Virus record (IMG/VR): IMGVR_UViG_3300022917_000008
Span: 32,001 to 96,000 of that record
Length of the DNA stretch: 64,000 nt
Source of the DNA: a virus
Taxonomy: Duplodnaviria > Caudoviricetes
Reading direction: 5' to 3' (one strand)
The notes under the pieces were generated by a model, which saw only the letters and a program-made list of their open reading frames with translations, made no database searches and was not told the origin of the DNA. This document shows, in pieces, positions 9,793 through 18,275 of this stretch; within the stretch, counting starts at the first letter, position 1, and each line of letters starts with the position of its first letter. Both the position numbers and the translations under genes were made by a program.

Positions 9793-11814
9793 TTATAAGA
9801 CTAACTCCTTTACAGGTTGGTACCTGTTTGAGGCATGCAGAGTCTTCAATGGCAAGAATGCATCAATGATGTCCAGATCATGGATGTTGGTGAACACCTG
9901 ATTCAAGACACCCATATTACATCCTCCAAAGTACATGATATTGGGAATATCCTGGAACTTCTTCCCATCTCCTACAGAGCCCTCCTTGACATCCCATATA
10001 ACAGTAACACCTTCCCATCCAAACCATTGCCTCATCTTGTTCTGGAACTCAAGGAAGCTTGATGTTGGACTATAAGAGCTATTGAACTCACCATCAGACA
10101 TGGCCAGTATGACCTTGTACCTGTTGATCATATCAATCCTCTGTGATGAGAATGCAGGCTCTTCATCTACCCATATCTTTAGTGCATCAGGTATTGCACT
10201 AAAGTTGGTACTACCATGTGGAGTACCAATGTACTTGGATATATTACTGAGATTCCATGAGAATGGCTTAGTCCTATCAACTAGTACATCAACAGTTGTG
10301 ACCTTAGTTGACATAAACTTGTTTCTCCCATTGGTCTCTGACTTAGTACCTGCAGCTACAACATCAGCTGAGGAACCAAACCTTACCAGGAATTCTCCTG
10401 CTTCAGCATCAGGGTTCTTCAGCAAGAATACTGTAGTGGCTAGCTGACAAAGTGCATTGGCACTGAATTCACTACCCTTGTGACTAACAGCTCTCATAGC
10501 CATAGACCCTGAGATGTCAGATGCTACAAGTACAGGTACCTGTAGTATAATCTTCTCAAGCAGGCTAAATGCCTTGACATCCATTTCTGCAGGAGTAAGT
10601 TTCCTGCTTGCAATCTCTGCAATGAGGTCAATGAGAACATCCCCAGCTACATTCACCTTAGCAGCCTTTTGGACTTGCTGAAGTTCCTTAGTGGTCATCT
10701 TCTCCTTTTCCTCAGTTGTGAGTGATGCAAGCTTGGTTTGGGCCTTCTGCTTGTCTGCCAGCCATTGGATGTACACAGCACCACAGTTCTCCCCAGACTT
10801 AAGTTTCCACTTATCCCTGGGTGAAAGTGTTCCTGCTTTGTCCTTGCTACATATCCTGCAGGCTACCCTATACCTTGCCTCAGAAGGCAATGTGTCTAAC
10901 CAATCCATAAACTGAGTCTTGTCCATGAATGTTACACTCCTGGGATCATCCAGATGTGCACTAAACTTAACAGCCTCAGTTTCAGACAGGTAGGTTTTCC
11001 TAAACTGCCTGTAACCCTCGAAATGCAAACCACCCTTCATCTTGGTGATCTTCCAGTCCATCTTGGCAGACAATGCCTTGATGAAATCAATCACCCAAGC
11101 ATCCTTCTGCTTTGTGTGCTCTTTCTTCTCTTTCTTCACTGTGATGGAATCACCCACCTTGGCATCAGCATACTTCTCATTCTTCTTGAATGCCTTGATG
11201 TTCTTGTCAGTAATAACATACTTGCGTATCCTACTACTGTTTGGTACATGGGGTAACCACCTGGCCCACAGCATCTTTTCATTCTCTGTGGTAGTAGTTG
11301 CCTTTAGTACCTTAGTGATGTAATCAGTGACAGGGTTAATGCCTACATCCAGCTTCAGAACTTCCTGTAGTGTACCTTTGTACCTATCAGTCTTCAGCTG
11401 GTAAAACATGATACCCCCCAAATTGTAATACTCTCCTATGATTGGTAGGAAAGTATAGAACTGCACTGGAGCCCTTTCAAGCATCCATTTTAAGCAGTAC
11501 ATAAACACACGTCTCTTACTCTGACCACCAGTGTCAGGTGTCTTGATACCTCTCCTACGGAAGACATTGTGTTCCCTATTGCTCATATCCCCTAGTGAGA
11601 ATACAAGAACATAGAACAACTCTTTCTTCTCCTTAGTGTTGCATTCACTCCATGCAGCGTCAAGGTACCTGTAAACCTGTTGCTGAGTGACTGTAGTATC
11701 TGATAACTTGTTGCCCTGTTGAAACAAGTCCAGTGTACTACTCATCTTGTAGAAAGGATTACTCTCCACAAGCTTTGATGTCTTAGCAGCCATAATTGAT
11801 CCACTCATTGACAT
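9793..11814 (-). CDS. TROVE/Ro60-like (DUF2828-type) helical protein with a C-terminal vWA domain
   Basis: MIDAS motif DISGSM, GSTNF, SDGEFN and VIWDV; basic helical N-terminal part with ARWLP; lies directly downstream of the tRNA-like RNA array. Confidence 0.7.
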   Translation of the reverse strand: MSMSGSIMAAKTSKLVESNPFYKMSSTLDLFQQGNKLSDTTVTQQQVYRYLDAAWSECNTKEKKELFYVLVFSLGDMSNREHNVFRRRGIKTPDTGGQSKRRVFMYCLKWMLERAPVQFYTFLPIIGEYYNLGGIMFYQLKTDRYKGTLQEVLKLDVGINPVTDYITKVLKATTTTENEKMLWARWLPHVPNSSRIRKYVITDKNIKAFKKNEKYADAKVGDSITVKKEKKEHTKQKDAWVIDFIKALSAKMDWKITKMKGGLHFEGYRQFRKTYLSETEAVKFSAHLDDPRSVTFMDKTQFMDWLDTLPSEARYRVACRICSKDKAGTLSPRDKWKLKSGENCGAVYIQWLADKQKAQTKLASLTTEEKEKMTTKELQQVQKAAKVNVAGDVLIDLIAEIASRKLTPAEMDVKAFSLLEKIILQVPVLVASDISGSMAMRAVSHKGSEFSANALCQLATTVFLLKNPDAEAGEFLVRFGSSADVVAAGTKSETNGRNKFMSTKVTTVDVLVDRTKPFSWNLSNISKYIGTPHGSTNFSAIPDALKIWVDEEPAFSSQRIDMINRYKVILAMSDGEFNSSYSPTSSFLEFQNKMRQWFGWEGVTVIWDVKEGSVGDGKKFQDIPNIMYFGGCNMGVLNQVFTNIHDLDIIDAFLPLKTLHASNRYQPVKELVL

Positions 11815-11855
11815 TTGGTTTTTAGCATTTCTCGAAATGGGTTAAAGACATAGAT

Positions 11856-11922
11856 ACTCACTAATGTTGATCAATTACAAGTTGATTGCTTTTGCAAAGC
11901 ATTGATTTGATTCTAAGTGAGT
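11856..11922 (-). ncRNA. Y-RNA-like element 1 (short, no tRNA domain)
   Basis: ACTCACTTAGAATC...ATTAGTGAGT closing helix around two small hairpins. Confidence 0.7.
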
Positions 11923-12000
11923 GAAGAAGTTAGTGTTAAGCTTGTCTCTCGCTACATGGCCTTTGCAGGGTTATTATGTAGACGTTTGCACTTAACACTT

Positions 12001-12121
12001 GTGTAGGGGATGGGATTCGAACCACATACATACGTCCTCCAAAAGGAATTGTATAAGTTATTCTAAGTAGTGTAATATACACTACTAATACTACGTGCTC
12101 TACCAATTGAGCTACCCCTAC
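12001..12121 (-). ncRNA. Y-RNA-like element 2: tRNA scaffold with the motif hairpin inserted between D and anticodon arms
   Basis: Acceptor GTAGGGG/CCCCTAC; D arm GCTCAATTGGTAGAGC; insert TTAGTAGTG-TATATTA-CACTACTTAGAATA; hairpin TCC-TTTTGGA-GGA; T loop TTCGAAT. Confidence 0.75.
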
Positions 12122-12395
12122 AAAATAGGAGTTCCTCCATAGAAAATGGAGGAACTCATAATGTCCTTAAAAACAACCTGTTGCAGAACCAAGCCTTGGC
12201 CATTTCAGCCAATACTTGTTTTTTGAGCAATATTGCTCGCTCTTGGAGGGAGATACAATCCCCTTCCAAGACTGGTAGTGAGCTGTGTCTAGTCTAACAC
12301 CTAGTCACCTGCCTACTAACATAGTTTGACAGTTACAATAGAAAAAGCCCCACATAGATATGTAGGGCCTTTATCAAAATTAACTGTAGGAACAG

Positions 12396-12514
12396 TTGGG
12401 GGACTTGGAATCGAACCAAGGACTATTCCTTATGATGGAATAATTGTTGTTGATGGATTATAAGTAGGTGTACCTACTAAGTAACTAATTGTGATACCAC
12501 TTCACCATCCCCCA
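12396..12514 (-). ncRNA. Y-RNA-like element 3: same topology as element 2, CAT anticodon hairpin, variant motif CTTATAAT
   Basis: Acceptor TGGGGGA/TCCCCCA; insert TTAGTAGG-TACA-CCTACTTATAAT; ATTCC-ATCATAA-GGAAT; T arm CTTGG-TTCGATT-CCAAG. Confidence 0.7.
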
Positions 12515-12521
12515 ATATAGA

Positions 12522-12582
12522 GACTCACTAATTGTTAATCTGGTGTTCCACTTAAGGAACTAGGTTGGATTCTAAGTGAGTC
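12522..12582 (-). ncRNA. Y-RNA-like element 4 (short)
   Basis: GACTCACTTAGAATC...ATTAGTGAGTC. Confidence 0.7.
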
Positions 12583-12591
12583 AAGAAATTA

Positions 12592-12711
12592 AGTCCTCTA
12601 ACTTATTTTTGGATTGATTAAGAATCAATTGCCTAACCATTTGGCTACTGTGGATTGCTCCATAGACAGGATTCGAACCTGTATTATTTGTTAAAGTATT
12701 CTAAGAGGACT
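12592..12711 (-). ncRNA. Y-RNA-like element 5: circularly permuted tRNA-Lys(CTT)
   Basis: Order: AGTCCTCTTAGAATA, T arm ACAGG-TTCGAAT-CCTGT, loop-closed acceptor, D arm, ATTGA-TTCTTAA-TCAAT, TTAGAGGACT. Confidence 0.8.
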
Positions 12712-12716
12712 ATTTG

Positions 12717-12791
12717 TGGAGAAAGTAAGACTCGAACTTACCTCCCTTGCTTATTTAAGGCAAGCCTGTAACCACTCCAGGGCATTTCTCC
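12717..12791 (-). tRNA. Atypical tRNA with a 9-nt anticodon loop
   Basis: Acceptor GGAGAAA/TTTCTCC; CTTGC-CTTAAATAA-GCAAG; T arm GTAAG-TTCGAGT-CTTAC. Confidence 0.6.
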
Positions 12792-12795
12792 AGGG

Positions 12796-12924
12796 ATTTC
12801 ACTAAGTTTAGTTGCCTATTTTCAAGTAGGTGCCTGACCACACAGGCTTACCCCCCATTAAATCTCCTCACATATGTGGGGGGTTAGGATTCGAACCCAT
12901 TTTTTGAGGTATTCTAAGTGAAAT
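12796..12924 (-). ncRNA. Y-RNA-like element 6: circularly permuted tRNA
   Basis: ATTTCACTTAGAATA, T loop TTCGAAT, acceptor CCCCCCA/TGGGGGG closed by a loop, D arm, CCTA-CTTGAAAA-TAGG, TTAGTGAAAT. Confidence 0.8.
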
Positions 12925-13075
12925 AAAGAACTTGAGTGAGCTTGGCCAAGCTGTATTATTCCCCTACACTTTTACAGTAGCACTGAAGCTTTTACAAAAA
13001 AGGCCATATCTTCTTTAGGCCCTAGGGCTCTAGTCTAACTATTAAGTACAGACCTTGTTAACACTCACTCTTTTG

Positions 13076-13158
13076 TGTTGGTGGGAGGGGTTACACCTCC
13101 ATGCCTTGCGGCGCTTTGACATTTAATCGCAGTGTGTCTATATTTCCACCACACCAAC
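13076..13158 (-). tRNA. Degenerate Leu-like tRNA with a disrupted anticodon arm
   Basis: Acceptor GTTGGTG/CACCAAC; variable arm GCC-GCAA-GGC; T stem GGAGG/CCTCC with a non-canonical loop. Confidence 0.5.
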
Positions 13159-13190
13159 AAGTACTGTGCAAACATACAACAATAAACTGA

Positions 13191-13394
13191 AACCCACTAA
13201 TTTTTCTTCTTTTTTGACATAAAAGTGCTCACCACTGAACTTCTCCCCCTAGTTGAAATATAGTAGGCCTATGGAAATAAGCCTACTTGAAACATCCTTA
13301 GAAGCGCGAGCCACGAAGTGCCCCAGAGATGGGGACTTTGTAGAGCAGGGGGAGCCAGAGTCGAACTGGTATTTGTATGTATTCTAAGTGGGCT
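13191..13394 (-). ncRNA. Y-RNA-like element 7: permuted tRNA (GTC loop) with a ~90-nt structured insert closing the acceptor stem
   Basis: AGCCCACTTAGAATA, CCAG-TTCGACT-CTGG, CTCCCCCT...AGGGGGAG, D arm, CTTTT-ATGTCAA-AAAAG, TTAGTGGGTT. Confidence 0.75.
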
Positions 13395-13474
13395 AAAGAG
13401 TTTAAAAGAAGGGTGTAGAAACACCCTTCGAGGTGTTAAGTAACCCCAAAAGGGGCTTTACTTATGAAAAAAGG

Positions 13475-13575
13475 TGTGGAGAGGAGGATTTGAACCTCCA
13501 TGAATGTCTTGCAACATTCCCAGCTATAGTCCAGGGTCCAGCCTATAGCCTGCTCTACTATTGGCATACCTCCAC
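13475..13575 (-). ncRNA. tRNA-like RNA with an enlarged anticodon arm and a long variable arm
   Basis: Acceptor GTGGAGG/TCTCCAC; GCTATAG-13nt-CTATAGC; GAATGT-TGCAAG-ACATTC; GGAGG-TTCAAAT-CCTCC. Confidence 0.6.
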
Positions 13576-13756
13576 ATATGTATATCAGTCACTTATATCC
13601 TCATATATAGTAGCTGATAAAGCTATTATTGATAGTACTATTAATAATGCTATTGAAACCCATGCAGGTAGGTACAATATGGCACATGCTATTATACCAG
13701 CTATCAAAGCCATTACAACCAATATGGCTAGGGCTATGCCTACACTTTCTGCTGCC

Positions 13757-14266
13757 TTACGTGTATCCATCTGCTTCCTCCTTGTATTTGTCTCTGTACA
13801 CATTCCTTAGTATGGATAGGATTCTTGCATTAGGCTTTGTGCTTGGATTGAGAGACCTTGCAGTAAAGTAGTCAATGTCTGCCCAATCATTGATAAATTG
13901 AGCAACTGCACCACTTCTTTTGACCCCAGCAGCACAATGCACTACACATACATCTGCATGGCTATTCTGCTCTATAAAGGCCAAAATAGCCTTTCCCTGC
14001 TCCTCACTCATGGGAACTACAGAAATGTACTCTCTTTTGTCACGACCCAATAAAGGCACCTGTAATGGCTCATCAACATCATCAAATAGTAGTCTTAGAA
14101 CATTTGGATGGTCTTTTTGGAACCAGTGGGGCATTCTTAGCAGGTCTTGCTCTCCTATTATCTCAATGAAGCAAGCCTTGTTCTTTAGGCTAACATTTTC
14201 ATCATTAAGATGTTCCCTAGCTACCATTGCTCCAAACTGATTCCATGATAATGCAAGTGCTATCAT
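13757..14266 (-). CDS. Cys-based (PTP/dual-specificity) phosphatase-like protein
   Basis: VHCAAGVKRS CX5R P-loop; FDDVD acid loop. Confidence 0.85.
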   Translation of the reverse strand: MIALALSWNQFGAMVAREHLNDENVSLKNKACFIEIIGEQDLLRMPHWFQKDHPNVLRLLFDDVDEPLQVPLLGRDKREYISVVPMSEEQGKAILAFIEQNSHADVCVVHCAAGVKRSGAVAQFINDWADIDYFTARSLNPSTKPNARILSILRNVYRDKYKEEADGYT

Positions 14267-14432
14267 CTTTCAGTGTCTTTATAAACATCATAAGATACAG
14301 TGAGGGCAATGGAACTAGCTAGTACCCACCACATATATTCACTGTCATGCTGAATTACCAGTAATATTGTGTTAAGTATAACAGACAGCCCGTTTAGTAT
14401 TACAGCAGCTAAGGCAGCCCAATGTAATGCTC

Positions 14433-14663
14433 TCATTTCTTACCTCCTAATAGCATTATCAAGCCTGTAGCAACACCCAGTCCTATCCATATAGATAGAG
14501 ACAAGACAGTACTAAAGGCAATAACCCATAAGAATATAACCATAACAGCATGAACACTAGGTTCACTTATTCCAGCTGTTATCCAGTGGATGATATGGTT
14601 AGCTGTACTAAAGCACATCCACATTGAAAAGATTGCTATTGCAATCGCAATAATGTATCTCAT
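14433..14663 (-). CDS. Small membrane protein
   Basis: 76 aa, almost entirely hydrophobic; overlaps the stop of the upstream gene. Confidence 0.6.
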   Translation of the reverse strand: MRYIIAIAIAIFSMWMCFSTANHIIHWITAGISEPSVHAVMVIFLWVIAFSTVLSLSIWIGLGVATGLIMLLGGKK

Positions 14664-15085
14664 TTCTCCAGTAACTTGTAATAGCCTTTGCAGTGATCAC
14701 ACTGACTAAGGCACTTTGACTTCCCCTCTACATTCCTCTGACAATAGACATATCTATTGAATTTGGCAATACCCAAGGAGAGTTTAATAGTCTTCGTATA
14801 GGCAACTAGGCTATGCACATACAGATCAGGTCTGAATATGTGCATAAAATCCCCTAAGGAGTAGGTTCTTCCTTTGCAGAAAAATCTAGCCTTTCCCCTT
14901 AGTTTAACATTCATTCTCCACATCCATCCATCTATTGGATCAGTATGTGGGCTAAGAACAGTCTTAGCTGGATACTTGAGTATATACCCATCAAATCCAA
15001 CCCTTCCTATTCTGAGGTAAAGGAAGCACCACTTATAGTAGATAACTCCCTGTTGTCTGCCTGGTATCCACCTAAATAGTTTCAT
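14660..15085 (-). CDS. 2OG-Fe(II) oxygenase-like protein
   Basis: ILKYP....LSPHTD (HxD) and a distal FRPD..VHS His. Confidence 0.65.
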   Translation of the reverse strand: MKLFRWIPGRQQGVIYYKWCFLYLRIGRVGFDGYILKYPAKTVLSPHTDPIDGWMWRMNVKLRGKARFFCKGRTYSLGDFMHIFRPDLYVHSLVAYTKTIKLSLGIAKFNRYVYCQRNVEGKSKCLSQCDHCKGYYKLLEK

Positions 15086-15342
15086 ATCCTGTGTTAAAAA
15101 GAGAGCCCCATAGTAGAAACTAAGGGCTGCTAACGATTGCTTGCCATATTAAAAAGAGTTAATCCTGTCTACCTCCAATAGTAGAATAGTCCAGCAAAAC
15201 TTAATGCTCAGCCCTTGTGAAAGGGTTTTCTCAAACTATCTCCCTTATCAAGCTTGCCTTGGATAGCCTACATTCCTTTTGGGTGTCCTGTAGTGCTTGC
15301 CTAAGAGCAGGACTAAAGAATTTTAGGAGCAATCAAAATGTC

Positions 15343-15621
15343 TTACTGTTGTGCGTTAGCATGAGCATGTTCCTCCTGCTGAGTAGCCTCCTCCTGGGTG
15401 TTCTCCTCAGCATGTATTTCATTCACAGACTCATAGAACATGTTTGTCCTGTTCCTACAGGCCTGTTTGGCATCCTCACTCAGGTCCTCAAAGGGCACCA
15501 TAAGGTTCTCACCATTTACATCCACACTCTTGTGGCCCTGTCCCTCTTTGTCAGAGACCCACTTCTTGTGTTGGCGTGCTGATACTTTCTCAATGTCAGG
15601 TAATTGCAAGTTGTTCTTCAT
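15343..15621 (-). CDS. RyR-domain-like small protein
   Basis: H..W...K...G and LMVPFEDLSEDAKQ..R pattern. Confidence 0.55.
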   Translation of the reverse strand: MKNNLQLPDIEKVSARQHKKWVSDKEGQGHKSVDVNGENLMVPFEDLSEDAKQACRNRTNMFYESVNEIHAEENTQEEATQQEEHAHANAQQ

Positions 15622-15670
15622 ACTTGTTCTGTTTTTATGAAAGTGAATAAATAAGCTTTGTTAAAATAGG

Positions 15671-15789
15671 AACTCACTAAACTTTTTAAGATGGGAGTCG
15701 AACCCATTACCCATTGATTAGAAGTCAATTGCTCTACCAAATGAGCTACTTCTCCAGATTAAGGAGATTTGATGTATTCTAAGTGAGTT
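15671..15789 (-). ncRNA. Y-RNA-like element 8: unpermuted D, anticodon (TCT) and T arms closed by the motif helix
   Basis: AACTCACTTAGAATA...GCTCATTTGGTAGAGC, ATTGA-CTTCTAA-TCAAT, ATGGG-TTCGACT-CCCAT...TTAGTGAGTT. Confidence 0.8.
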
Positions 15790-15866
15790 AAGAAAGTATG
15801 TAGGGGCGTGCTTCCAGCTACACCACAACTTGAAGGGCCTTGACCCTTGCCTCCCCTACAATAATA

Positions 15867-16442
15867 TTACATCTTCCTAAAGGAAGTCTTCTTGTCAAAC
15901 CCATGACTAACTACCTTCTCAATGTCAGTCCTTGTATCCTTGATAATAGGTTCCCTAGTTAAGAACTCTACTATCCTAAGGTACGCATCTTCAGGAGGCA
16001 CTAACCTACCAAACTGAAAGTCTGCTAGCTTTACATTCTTAGTACCTTCCCCATCAAATGTATACCTAGGTAGTAGCACCACAGGACAGTTTAGCTTCTC
16101 ATTCACATCTGTTGGTTTGTTATGTCCAGTAAGGTACTCACGCTCAGTAGGGAGTTTGTATGCATTCTCCTTATCCACAAACTTTCTTAGCACTAGGACT
16201 TCATCCCCTATGTATACCTTCCCATTGTAACAACACACCTTGTACGTTGTTCCACAAAAAGCTATTCCATAATAGTAATACCCAGGTAGGTCAAGATACT
16301 CAGGCCTGTATATGCCACTTTTCACCCATGAGTGCTGTGGTGTTTCAGTTTCACATACTCTCTCATATACTACCTTAGGGTCAATACCATATTTACCAAT
16401 AAGGAAGTCATAGTAGTCCTTGAAGTTAGATACGATCTTCAT
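15867..16442 (-). CDS. Hypothetical phage protein
   Basis: MKIVSNFKDYYD...HGFDKKTSFR; ATGA overlap with the HD gene. Confidence 0.75.
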   Translation of the reverse strand: MKIVSNFKDYYDFLIGKYGIDPKVVYERVCETETPQHSWVKSGIYRPEYLDLPGYYYYGIAFCGTTYKVCCYNGKVYIGDEVLVLRKFVDKENAYKLPTEREYLTGHNKPTDVNEKLNCPVVLLPRYTFDGEGTKNVKLADFQFGRLVPPEDAYLRIVEFLTREPIIKDTRTDIEKVVSHGFDKKTSFRKM

Positions 16443-16990
16443 GACACAGTTTTTGCTTGTCCAAACAGTAGTTGGTCTAGATGATCCTGCATTTCCCTGT
16501 ATTCATTCCCTAGTTGCATCTCACTGAGGAACTGATTGTGCTCCCTCATGTGCATACTAAGCTTGCTGTTCTTGAACATGACACCATGCCTTACATTGGC
16601 TATCTTGTCACAAAGCTTGACAAACTTAGCACCAGGAGTTTCCCTTATGTTCTGCCAGTATATAGGTGGATGTCTTTCATTCCTATTCCTACCAGGATAC
16701 TCAGTAACAGCTAGAATGACTTCAGCTACCCATATAGCATCTTCATTAGTGTGTCCTTCAAGCAGGCTAATGTGTTGAATCACATCACTGTAGTTGGTTC
16801 TTGCATCTTCATACAGGTCATGGCCTGCAATGGCATACCTGTACCTCCAAAACTCTGCTTTGGGCACCAGATGTTGGAACTCCTTAGCTACTTGTAAGGC
16901 AAGCCTCAGATGATACTCATAAGGCAGATAGTCCTCATACATGTGATTTGTTATCTCATGCCTGTGAATGGCCCATGTCACAAAGTCCAT
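16439..16990 (-). CDS. HD-domain hydrolase, SpoT/Mesh1-like (small alarmone hydrolase-like)
   Basis: PYEYHL, GHDLYED and VKLCDKIAN motifs; start moved to ATG 16990 because the track start lies inside RNA element 9. Confidence 0.8.
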   Translation of the reverse strand: MDFVTWAIHRHEITNHMYEDYLPYEYHLRLALQVAKEFQHLVPKAEFWRYRYAIAGHDLYEDARTNYSDVIQHISLLEGHTNEDAIWVAEVILAVTEYPGRNRNERHPPIYWQNIRETPGAKFVKLCDKIANVRHGVMFKNSKLSMHMREHNQFLSEMQLGNEYREMQDHLDQLLFGQAKTVS

Positions 16991-17016
16991 AAATGGTTGT
17001 TTTAAGGTTAAAAATA

Positions 17017-17129
17017 AGCTCACTAATTCTTTTTTTGGCACACCTAGGGGGATTGGATACCCCCACTTCCAGGGCTAGCCTGGCGTCTTATTTAGACTAT
17101 AGATATAAGTAAAGTATTCTAAGTGAGCT
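17017..17129 (-). ncRNA. Y-RNA-like element 9: degenerate cloverleaf ending in CCA, nested inside the motif helix
   Basis: AGCTCACTTAGAATA...TATATCTA/TAGGTGTG-CCA with three internal hairpins...TTAGTGAGCT. Confidence 0.7.
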
Positions 17130-17152
17130 GTTGATATGCATGATACTATGTA

Positions 17153-17260
17153 GGGGGGAAGGTGGGATTTGAACCCACTATTACAAAAACCAAATTTTGC
17201 TTTTTACCAATGTTTGAAGGTATTCTAAGAGGTCAACCTCTAACAAGATTAACTTCCCCC
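17153..17260 (-). ncRNA. Y-RNA-like element 10: motif hairpin in place of the D arm
   Basis: Acceptor GGGGGAAG/CTTCCCCC; TTAGAGG-TTGA-CCTCTTAGAATA; T arm GTGGG-TTCAAAT-CCCAC. Confidence 0.75.
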
Positions 17261-17475
17261 ATTTAGACCCTTCTGGTGGGTCAGCCCGTCCATTCAATGC
17301 CTTTCTGGTATATGTCTCACCACCCTGCTTCCAGTTGCACATACTGTATTGAGTGTAGTCTATTGTGGCGACCCAATACTATGTGAGGCAAAGAGATTCC
17401 ACCTCCTCCTGGACTAGGACTGGAGGTCATTTTGCAGAGTACCACCGTCCAAAAGTACACGTACAGTGTGAACCT

Positions 17476-18057
17476 TTATCTTTGTCTTTGAGTCTGCCTC
17501 AAAGGTACTTTTAGTGCCTCATCATACATCTTAGACAAGTCATTAATGTGTATATGAGCACTAATGCCCCAGTTACCATTAACCCTTAATGTAAGATACT
17601 CACTCTTCAGCCAATCAGGGAACTCCATATTACCCCTTGTCTTATTACACTTCTTGCATGCACTAATAAGGTTCTCTTCAACTGAAGCACCCATCTTCTC
17701 CCAAAGGACAATATGGTCTACAGTCAAGGGTACTTGGTTATTACCACAATACTGACAAGTGTAGTTGTCTCTCCTGAATACATTCCAGGATATAGTTTGT
17801 TCAATGTTTCTTTGAGACTTTCTAAGTACTACCTTGTTGAGTCCCATAACCCCCAATGTATCAAGCTGATACAAGAGGGTCTTCCACTCTTCATGAGTGG
17901 GTTGTATGATGGATAGAGGTACTAGACCAGTCTCTGGAAAAAGCATTAGTTCTGCTTCCTGTCCATTAGCCAGTAACATACCACTTATCTCTAGCTTATC
18001 ACCATACTTCAATAACTCCTCTGGCCTAAATGGCCCAGTCAAATTCTTCATAGACAC
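17476..18057 (-). CDS. HNH endonuclease
   Basis: RDNYTCQYCG...LTVDHI...NLISACKKCNKTRG. Confidence 0.85.
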   Translation of the reverse strand: MSMKNLTGPFRPEELLKYGDKLEISGMLLANGQEAELMLFPETGLVPLSIIQPTHEEWKTLLYQLDTLGVMGLNKVVLRKSQRNIEQTISWNVFRRDNYTCQYCGNNQVPLTVDHIVLWEKMGASVEENLISACKKCNKTRGNMEFPDWLKSEYLTLRVNGNWGISAHIHINDLSKMYDEALKVPLRQTQRQR

Positions 18058-18073
18058 AGTTTGTTTAGAGTAG

Positions 18074-18179
18074 CTGGGGAACCCATATTGCTATGGGCAC
18101 TTGGATTTGGACTCCAAGGTTCAGTGTAATGTTATTCTAAGTAAGGAAGGGTCTTACTAACACTTAATGAATTCCCCAG
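18074..18179 (-). ncRNA. Y-RNA-like element 11: motif hairpin in the D-arm position, CCA anticodon-like loop
   Basis: CTGGGGAA/TTCCCCAG; TTAGTAAG-ACCCTTC-CTTACTTAGAATA; CTTGGA-GTCCAAA-TCCAAG; CCCAT-AGCAAT-ATGGG. Confidence 0.7.
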
Positions 18180-18203
18180 TTTCCCTGATTGTTGTTTGGT
18201 GAC

Positions 18204-18258
18204 AGTCACTAATATCTTAAAACCATATCTAAGTTGTTGTGTTTATTCTAAGTGTACT
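18204..18258 (-). ncRNA. Y-RNA-like element 12 (short)
   Basis: AGTACACTTAGAATA...ATTAGTGACT. Confidence 0.6.
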
Positions 18259-18275
18259 ACCAAACAAAAAAGAAG

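Noticed and set aside
12001-12514. Intron-containing tRNAs (group I or BHB)
   Set aside because: The inserts are ~45 nt, too short for group I introns, lie between D and anticodon arms, and carry the same motif as the free-standing elements.
15200-15362. Minus-strand frame that would read as a ~53-aa protein if two TGA codons were Trp
   Set aside because: There is no UCA-anticodon tRNA, TGA is used as a stop elsewhere, and there is no homology support.
11856-18258. CRISPR array or DNA repeat explanation for the recurring ATTCTAAG
   Set aside because: The conserved core is only 8-9 nt, spacing is irregular, flanks co-vary as RNA helices, and no cas genes are visible.
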